Source: Deltaproteobacteria bacterium
GTDB lineage: Bacteria > Myxococcota > Kuafuiibacteriia > Kuafuiibacteriales > Kuafuiibacteriaceae
Direction of reading: 5' to 3'
DNA length: 64,000 bases
Assembly: GCA_040218735.1 (NCBI GenBank)
Contig: JAVJQW010000042.1
Coordinates: 1 to 64,000, forward strand
Made by a program: the position numbers and the translations under genes. The notes beneath the pieces were generated by a model. It saw only the letters and a program-made list of their open reading frames with translations, was not told where the DNA came from and did no database searches. Positions 57,588 through 64,000 of this stretch are shown in pieces. Every line of letters begins with the position of its first letter. Positions within the stretch are counted from its first letter, which is position 1.

Positions 57588-58874
57588 ATGGGCAACACGG
57601 TCGACGGCAAGCGCGCTTCGATCCAGGTGCGCTCCTCGGCGGCGGTCGAGGACGTCCCGACCAGCGGCTCGGGCGTCTCTCAGACCCCGCTCCAGGTCGG
57701 GCTCGCCCCCGCGCAGATCCCGGTCTCGACCGGCACCCCCACCAACCTCACCGGTCGCGACTTCCCGCGCAACGGCGCGACCGGCGCCCAGGCCGCGCTC
57801 ACCGTCGGCCGCTGGAACCGCGCCGGTGGTTTGCTCGTGACCGCGAGCTCCGTCCGCGCCGTGCTCGACTCCGGCGACCTCTCCTCGATCCACCCACCGA
57901 TCCCACGAGCCCTGTGGCCGGTCGCGACGTCGCTCGCGCAGGCGCTCTCCCTCGATGGCGTGCTCGGGAAGAACAGCCCGCTCGGCGCGCGCGGCGCGGT
58001 CGGCGACGACCCGATGAACCCGTCGTTCTGGATGCGGCTCATCGGCGACTGGTCGGGCTTCGCGCAGATGATGACCCAGTACGGCGGCGCGCTCAGCGGC
58101 ATGGGCTCACTCGGCGGCAAGGGCCCCCTCACGCCGGAGGCGATCGAGGCGCTGAAGGTCCTCGGTCCGATCGCAACCCAGCTTGCACCCGGCGGGTTGT
58201 TCACCGCGGTGGGTCCGGCCGGTGGTCTGGGCGCGGCCGGTGGTCTCGGCGCGGCGGGTCTGGTCGGAGGCCACGGGTTCGCCACGAACGACCGCGGTGA
58301 CTTCGTCGACGAAGAGGGCGAAGTCGTTCGCCACACCGACGTCAGTTACAAGGGCACGGAGCGCCGTGTGCAACTCACCGAGCTCTACACCGAGGCCGAC
58401 CTCGAGGGCCGCGCTTCGACGGACGCCGCGTTCATGGTGCGCGGGACGTTGCCGGAGGGTGACCCTGCCGATGAGTTCGACTTCACGTCGAGGCACGATC
58501 AGTTCGTCACGCTCACCGTCGTCCCCGAGACCAACGACGCCTATTACCTCGACCTCCTCGACCGCGACGGTAACGTCATCACCACGTCGGCCCTGGACGA
58601 CGGCGTGAACTACATCCAGGTGCAGACCCAGGCCGGCGACGAGCTACGCGCACGTGTCCGGCGCGGTCCGTCGGCCGAGAACCGGATGCCGCACCCCACC
58701 GCGATGATGATCGACGCCGCGCTCGCTCCGCTGGAGATCTGGGCCGCCGGGATGCGCGGGTGGATGGGCATCGAGAAGCCGGAGCCTGGGTACCGGTTGG
58801 TGGTGACACCTTCGACGAAGGAAGTCAGCACGACCGACATGCGCGGGGATCACCAGATCCAGCCGCCGGTCTGA
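57588..58874 (+). CDS. Hypothetical protein without signal peptide; Gly-rich amphipathic middle, PPC-like beta-sandwich C-terminus
   Basis: S/T/P-rich N-terminus; DPADEFDF...YLDLLDRDGNVI...YRLVV. Confidence 0.65.
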   Translation: MGNTVDGKRASIQVRSSAAVEDVPTSGSGVSQTPLQVGLAPAQIPVSTGTPTNLTGRDFPRNGATGAQAALTVGRWNRAGGLLVTASSVRAVLDSGDLSSIHPPIPRALWPVATSLAQALSLDGVLGKNSPLGARGAVGDDPMNPSFWMRLIGDWSGFAQMMTQYGGALSGMGSLGGKGPLTPEAIEALKVLGPIATQLAPGGLFTAVGPAGGLGAAGGLGAAGLVGGHGFATNDRGDFVDEEGEVVRHTDVSYKGTERRVQLTELYTEADLEGRASTDAAFMVRGTLPEGDPADEFDFTSRHDQFVTLTVVPETNDAYYLDLLDRDGNVITTSALDDGVNYIQVQTQAGDELRARVRRGPSAENRMPHPTAMMIDAALAPLEIWAAGMRGWMGIEKPEPGYRLVVTPSTKEVSTTDMRGDHQIQPPV

Positions 58875-58882
58875 TCGGGAGG

Positions 58883-60427
58883 TCACTTCTCCAGCGCATC
58901 GAGTCTTCGCTCGAGCGCCCGCAACCGAGCTTGCGCCCCTTCGTAGTCCGAGGACAGGCGCTCCCGCGTCACGTCACCGATCAGTAGATCGATCCGATCC
59001 GCGCGATCCGGACGGGCGGCCCGTACTCGCTGCGCGCGCGACAGGAGCGCCGCGGCCGAAGCCTCGAAGCGCTCCCGCGGTGTTTGTTCGGGAGGCGGCT
59101 CCGTCTCCACCGGGCGGCGCCGACGTCGGACCGTGCGGGTCGGTGTGCTCGTCGCGACCTCGCTCGCGGCGTCACGCGTACCGGCGTCGCGCACCGCCTT
59201 GATCGGCGAAGGGCGCACGCCCGGCTGCGCGACGACGGTCGCCACCGTCGCGTCACGCGGCGCTGGTGTCACGTCGCGGCGCGCCCAAAGCACACCGACG
59301 GCGATCCCTATCGCCGTGAACAACACGGACGACGCGGCGAGCGCCACGATCCATCGCGTCGCACCGGTCGCACCGGTCGCCGGTGGCTTTCGCGCGGGCG
59401 GCGTCACGTCGTAGACGTCCGACGACGCGTAGATCTCCACGGTCGGGTACACGTCGCGTCGTGTCTCGTCCTCGAACGACAGCGCGGTGACGCGAGGGTC
59501 GGGCCGAATCGTCGTCTTGGCGAGGACGTCCTCCATACCCGCCCACGCATCCGTCGCCTCCGCGTTGCGACGCACGGCTTCGAGCGCCGCGACGAACGAA
59601 GCCGCGTCCGGATACCGGTCCTCCGGGGTCCTCTCCAGCGCGCGCTCCACCGCCGCGTCGAGGACCGGCGAGACGTCCGCGCGCAACTTCGAAGGTGGAA
59701 CGAAGCGCACGGCGGCCGCGTTCTCCAGCACCTCGGCCACCGACTTGCTCGTCTTCACGTACCGCCGCAGCGTCAGCATCTCCCACAGCACGACGCCCAC
59801 CGCGTAGAGGTCCGCGCGGCGGTCGACCTTTGCGCCGACGAGCTGCTCCGGAGACATGTACCCCGGCGTCCCGACCACGGCGCCGGTCGCCGTTCGCCAC
59901 GATTGCCGGTTCGACTTCCCCACACCCAGGTCGACGATGACCGCGCGCTTCGAGTCGGTGATGATCACGTTCTTCGGAGCGATGTCGCGGTGTACGAACC
60001 CGAGGTGCGCGCCGCTCTTGGGGTCCTTCGCGTCGTGCAGCGCCTCGAGCCCGCGCAGCATGTCGAGCGCGATGTCCACCGCATCGAACACCGGGATCCG
60101 TCGGTCGCGACTCGTCAGCATCCGGAGGATCGCGCTCAGCGGTGCGCCCGAGACGTGCTCCATCGCGATGTAGAGCTGACCGTCGATCGCACCCAACGCG
60201 TGCGCGCGTGCGAGGTACGGGCTGTCGATCCGCACCGCCATCGCGGCCTCGTGTTTGAAGCGTGCGACGACGCGCTCGTCGTCGAAGAGGTGCCGGTGGA
60301 GCGCCTTGATGACCAGCAGCCCGGGCGTGCTCCCGGCGAGGCGCGCGAGGTAGACGGTGCTGGAGGCGCCTTCGCCGAGGCGCTCGAGCAACAGGAACGG
60401 CCCGAACCTTTTCGGGAGGCTCTCCAA
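58883..60427 (-). CDS. Ser/Thr protein kinase with TM helix
   Basis: GEGASSTV, LVIKAL, HRDIAPKN, DLG, GTPGYMSPEQ, DLYAVG. Confidence 0.9.
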   Translation of the reverse strand: MESLPKRFGPFLLLERLGEGASSTVYLARLAGSTPGLLVIKALHRHLFDDERVVARFKHEAAMAVRIDSPYLARAHALGAIDGQLYIAMEHVSGAPLSAILRMLTSRDRRIPVFDAVDIALDMLRGLEALHDAKDPKSGAHLGFVHRDIAPKNVIITDSKRAVIVDLGVGKSNRQSWRTATGAVVGTPGYMSPEQLVGAKVDRRADLYAVGVVLWEMLTLRRYVKTSKSVAEVLENAAAVRFVPPSKLRADVSPVLDAAVERALERTPEDRYPDAASFVAALEAVRRNAEATDAWAGMEDVLAKTTIRPDPRVTALSFEDETRRDVYPTVEIYASSDVYDVTPPARKPPATGATGATRWIVALAASSVLFTAIGIAVGVLWARRDVTPAPRDATVATVVAQPGVRPSPIKAVRDAGTRDAASEVATSTPTRTVRRRRRPVETEPPPEQTPRERFEASAAALLSRAQRVRAARPDRADRIDLLIGDVTRERLSSDYEGAQARLRALERRLDALEK

Positions 60428-60471
60428 CGACGCGAGGTTATCACCTCTGTGATGGGCGTATAGTACGCAGC

Positions 60472-63021
60472 GTGCGGCGCGTGCTCGCAGCGTTGTTGTG
60501 CCTCGCCGGCTGCAAGGCCGACGTCGTTCGTGTCGTCGACGTCGCCGAACCCATCAACTTCTTCGCGACGTTCGATGACTCCGGCGCCATCGTTCGCACC
60601 GGTCGCCTGTTGGCGGAAGACGATCGCGCTCAGCTCCTCGCGGACGACGGCGCGCGACTCTGGGTATGGTCGTACGCCGCAGACGGTGTCGTCGGAACGG
60701 ACGGCGCTCCGCTCGACGCGGATGCCCTCGCTTCCGTCGAGATCACCGATGGCCGGGACTGTAGTCGTTGCCCGTTCACGAACACGGGCCGCGTCGTCCT
60801 CGGTCCGGGTCACGCGTGCCCGGCGGGCGCGCCCGTGGCTGGGTATGGTCCCGACGGTCCGATCGATGCGCCGCCCCCGATCGTGTTCCTACGCCGCGCC
60901 GGCGAGTGCCCCGTCGATCCGAGCGAGCCCCCCGTGGCGGGCCCAGATTTCGAAGTGTGCCCGCTGTGGCCGCCCGAGGGGCTCATGCACGCCTCGAAGA
61001 TCGCCGTGTCCGACACCGGGGCCGTCGCCGGGGTCCGCGAGTCGTACCTGTTTCATGCCCCGCTCTACGAGGACGCGTCGGTAGCGCCGACGGTCGAGCC
61101 CCACCGTGAGATCCAAGGCGTCACCGCCGTCCCCGGAACGGATGAGTTCGTCTTCGTGGCGAAGTCACAGGCCAAGAACGACGGCGAGCTCCGCTTTTAT
61201 AGGTTCGGCGCAGACGTTTCGCCGCGCCTCGCGTTCGACCGTGACTTCGGCCTTCGGTCTCCCGTAACCGTCCACGGGCTCCCCTTCGACGTCGGTCACT
61301 TCTTCGTCGTGGGTTCCGGCGCAGGGACGACACAGATTCAACGCTGCTCGTTCGACGAAGGGTGCGACTCCGAGACCGTCGATCGCAGCGCCTGCAACAC
61401 GACCACGGGCCTCGACGAAATCGCTGCGGATACCTCGGGTCACATCATCGCGATCGACGCGGGCGGCGGACTCTACGAACGGGGCGACGACGCGCGGTGG
61501 ACGTGCCGCGACAACCTGGCGAGCGCAGTGCTGCGCGAAGGTGAGATCTTCCGCCTTCAGCGCGCACAAGGGCTCGCGGTGCTCGGCGATCGCTGGTTCA
61601 CCTGCGGGGAGAGCGCGGATCGCACCGCGATGATCACCGGGCAGCTCGACTTGGACGGCACGATCGTCGGGGAACCGCACATCGTGGCGGCGCTCCCGGG
61701 GGGCACGTGCCTGGGCGTCGGCGTGCTCCTGCACCGATTCGACCAAGTGGTCGTGAACACCGGCGACGGTCTGATCGTCGCCTTCGAAGACGGTCGCATC
61801 GACGACGTCTGCTCACCCTGGCAACGGTGCGTCGAGCTCGGTATCGACCTCCGCCCTGACGAGCTCCAGTACGTGATCGGCCCGGTCACCAGCGGATACG
61901 GAACGGCGTACACGACCGACCGGGGCCATGTCTTTCGTCTCGAACCACCCGACCGCTTCGTGCGGGTGCTCGGGGCTTCGCTGTCGCGGACGCCGGCGGG
62001 CGCCATCGCGCCGACCGACGACGGCGCCGTCCTTTTTGTGCCCGGCCCCGGACCAGTGCGACTGCGCCACGACGGCGCAGGTTGTGACGGGTTCACGGTC
62101 GAGGAACCCAGCGAAGGCGATTGGACGTACGCCGTCGACGACATGACCACGACGTCGACCGTGTTCCCCGGCTCGCCGTTCGAAGCCTACCGCGAAGCGG
62201 TCCAGCTCGAAGGAGATCGGTACCTCGTCGTCGGCGCCGACGCGCAGCGATCTTGGTTCGTGCGGACGGTGGACCTCGCGCGGCGACACGTCGCTCAGCG
62301 TTTCATCGAGAACGAGCGCATCCTCGACATCGCGCGTCTCGATGCTCGGCGCGTTCTCGCGATCACCCGCGACCGGATCCGGATCATCGACACGACCTCG
62401 TTCGAGATCACCGATCCACCGATGCAGTGGGATGACCCATCGACCCCGGACGTGGAGCCTCCGCTCGCGTCCTTCGATGCGCTGACCTCCGTCGATGCTC
62501 GCGATGGCGTCGCTTGGATCGTCGGCGGTCGAGCGATCGTTCGCGCGGTCGCGTTCGAATCCGAGGTTCGCCTGGAGGGGTGGTGGACCACCGCGCTTCG
62601 CACCGAGGAGATGCTCGACCACGAGATGCAGGCCGTCCGCGTCCTCGCGCCGGACCGTTGGGTCGCGATCACCCGCGAACCCGTCGGCAGCGATGGCGCG
62701 ATCCTCGGCGCGTGGCGGATGGGGCCCATCGGGCTCGATTGTCCGAACTCCCCCGCGCAGAGCGGAGGGCTCGCGATGTGCCCGTACGCGGCGTTCGACT
62801 TCGGTGCTCTCAACGCGCCGGATCGCGCGGAGGCCGCGCTCGGTGCGACGGGGCCCGGTGGCCAAATCACTTGGACCTTCGGCAACGGGACCGTGTACCG
62901 GCACGGAGGCGCACGCGCCGTGGTGCCGATCGAACGACCCGCCAACCTCGTGTCGTCGGGGGACGCGGTCTACGTCGCTGGCGACGGACCCATCTTTGGG
63001 CTCGTGCCGCGCAGCGACTGA
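60472..63021 (+). CDS. Large hypothetical lipoprotein (beta-propeller-like)
   Basis: Lipobox LAGC, beta-rich sequence, paired Cys. Confidence 0.72.
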   Translation: MRRVLAALLCLAGCKADVVRVVDVAEPINFFATFDDSGAIVRTGRLLAEDDRAQLLADDGARLWVWSYAADGVVGTDGAPLDADALASVEITDGRDCSRCPFTNTGRVVLGPGHACPAGAPVAGYGPDGPIDAPPPIVFLRRAGECPVDPSEPPVAGPDFEVCPLWPPEGLMHASKIAVSDTGAVAGVRESYLFHAPLYEDASVAPTVEPHREIQGVTAVPGTDEFVFVAKSQAKNDGELRFYRFGADVSPRLAFDRDFGLRSPVTVHGLPFDVGHFFVVGSGAGTTQIQRCSFDEGCDSETVDRSACNTTTGLDEIAADTSGHIIAIDAGGGLYERGDDARWTCRDNLASAVLREGEIFRLQRAQGLAVLGDRWFTCGESADRTAMITGQLDLDGTIVGEPHIVAALPGGTCLGVGVLLHRFDQVVVNTGDGLIVAFEDGRIDDVCSPWQRCVELGIDLRPDELQYVIGPVTSGYGTAYTTDRGHVFRLEPPDRFVRVLGASLSRTPAGAIAPTDDGAVLFVPGPGPVRLRHDGAGCDGFTVEEPSEGDWTYAVDDMTTTSTVFPGSPFEAYREAVQLEGDRYLVVGADAQRSWFVRTVDLARRHVAQRFIENERILDIARLDARRVLAITRDRIRIIDTTSFEITDPPMQWDDPSTPDVEPPLASFDALTSVDARDGVAWIVGGRAIVRAVAFESEVRLEGWWTTALRTEEMLDHEMQAVRVLAPDRWVAITREPVGSDGAILGAWRMGPIGLDCPNSPAQSGGLAMCPYAAFDFGALNAPDRAEAALGATGPGGQITWTFGNGTVYRHGGARAVVPIERPANLVSSGDAVYVAGDGPIFGLVPRSD

Positions 63022-63024
63022 CGT

Positions 63025-63282
63025 TCACCACAGCCGCTTGGTCTTCGTCGTTCGCCGGAACGAATCAGCAAACGTCGCGGAGAGCTTTGTGCGAAACCAC
63101 GCGGCGATCTCATTGATCCCCTCCGTTGAATCGTCATCGTTCAACTTCACCCGCACCTCTCGACTCGGATCCTCGATGAAGTCGGCGACCATCTTCACGT
63201 AGTCGTCGATAGGTACCCCGAGTCCCTCGGCGACGCCGATGATTTCCGGATCACGTCTCAGCACGTCGATGAGGGCGCTCAT
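63025..63282 (-). CDS. Small hypothetical protein (chaperone-like)
   Basis: ATGA overlap with the upstream gene; 85 aa helical. Confidence 0.6.
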   Translation of the reverse strand: MSALIDVLRRDPEIIGVAEGLGVPIDDYVKMVADFIEDPSREVRVKLNDDDSTEGINEIAAWFRTKLSATFADSFRRTTKTKRLW

Positions 63283-63701
63283 GCCGCGATGTCCTCCAGT
63301 CGCTCCGTCGCCTCGCGCACGAGGACGTCTTCCGCCTGCTGCTTCGCGAACATGAGCGCGATGTTCTCCAGACCGGCGCCGTTCGCCGCGGGCGTCGCGC
63401 CCAGGATGCTCGCGAGCGGAGCGAGCTGGGCGGGGAGCGCGCCCTGGATGAACGCACCCACGGGACCCAGCGCTGCGGCGGTGAGTAGAGCGGCAGGATT
63501 CTGGAGGAAGCTGTTCGCAAAGTCCTTCACGACGTTCGGGAGCGGAAGTCTGTCGACCAACTTCGTGAGCGGCTCCGTTATGGGTGCCGCGATTCGGTTC
63601 ACGAAACTCAGACTCTTTTCGACCAGACCGGTCACCTTGTCGAGGCCGGTCGCCTTCGCGAGGGGAGCCAGCGCGTTCGTAATACTCTTGAAGATTCCCA
63701 T
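63279..63701 (-). CDS. Hypothetical amphipathic helical protein
   Basis: GAGGAG RBS; MGIFKSITNAL start; no signal peptide. Confidence 0.7.
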   Translation of the reverse strand: MGIFKSITNALAPLAKATGLDKVTGLVEKSLSFVNRIAAPITEPLTKLVDRLPLPNVVKDFANSFLQNPAALLTAAALGPVGAFIQGALPAQLAPLASILGATPAANGAGLENIALMFAKQQAEDVLVREATERLEDIAA

Positions 63702-63712
63702 CTGCGTTCTCC

Positions 63713-64000
63713 TCAGGGCTGACCGATCGACTGGATGATCCCGTCGAGGGTCCGGTTGAAGCTGTCGGCGATGCTGTCGACCAGGAGGAGCAGCTGCCCC
63801 TTCCGCTCGAGGTGCGTCTGAACGCGCCGGGCGATCAACTCGTGGTCGCCCGGCGCACCCGCGCCGTCGGCCGAGACGTTCGCCGTGACGTCGTCGGCCA
63901 ACGCTCGGCTGGCTTCGAGAGCGAGCTCCTCTTCCTCGCGCGCCATCAGCGTGATGAAGATGATCAGCGCGTCCTCGAACGCGAGGCCGCTGTCGAAGAC
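63713..64000 (-). CDS. Partial helical protein (start beyond the window) with secretion-filament-like C-terminus
   Basis: Open to the window edge: VFDSGLAFEDALIIFITLMAREEEEL...RKGQLLLLVDSIADSFNRTLDGIIQSIGQP. Confidence 0.6.
   Translation of the reverse strand, partial: VFDSGLAFEDALIIFITLMAREEEELALEASRALADDVTANVSADGAGAPGDHELIARRVQTHLERKGQLLLLVDSIADSFNRTLDGIIQSIGQP

Noticed and set aside
56605-58874. Restriction-modification system
   Set aside because: The downstream gene shows no PD-(D/E)xK, HNH or GIY-YIG motif and has its own promoter-like element

Overview
Very GC-rich, gene-dense chromosomal window that looks like Myxococcota/deltaproteobacterial DNA. The basis is eukaryote-like Ser/Thr kinases, an FHA-sigma54 activator, Cys-rich DUF4215-type repeats, an AgmX/PglI C-terminal protein, a MYXO-CTERM-like signal and many DAG-repeat lipoproteins. 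About 53 CDS are supported; I saw no rRNA, tRNA, CRISPR array or transposase. Housekeeping content: hemB, modABC with its regulator, a LIV-type ABC transporter, mtgA, an acyl-CoA ligase and a class V aminotransferase. Highlights: (1) a PlpX-like (splicease-type) radical SAM/SPASM enzyme translationally coupled to a zinc-ribbon, lipobox-bearing precursor with four P-x-Y-G cores (25987-28004); (2) two operons sharing PhaR-like TGC-N3-GCA boxes and a duplicated 4-Cys lipoprotein domain, encoding a PHB-depolymerase-family esterase, a porin-like protein, a hydrolase, a Na+/solute symporter and a MaoC hydratase, i.e. a candidate polyhydroxyalkanoate-scavenging regulon; (3) three signal-peptide-less, effector-like genes (a pentein-fold deiminase, a papain-triad toxin with a small partner, and an unknown), each directly behind a sigma28-like CGATA element; (4) three ECF sigma/anti-sigma/barrel-protein cassettes carrying in-frame tandem repeats, including a 23-unit array in exact 42-bp register. 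All family assignments come from motifs read by eye; no database search was run.
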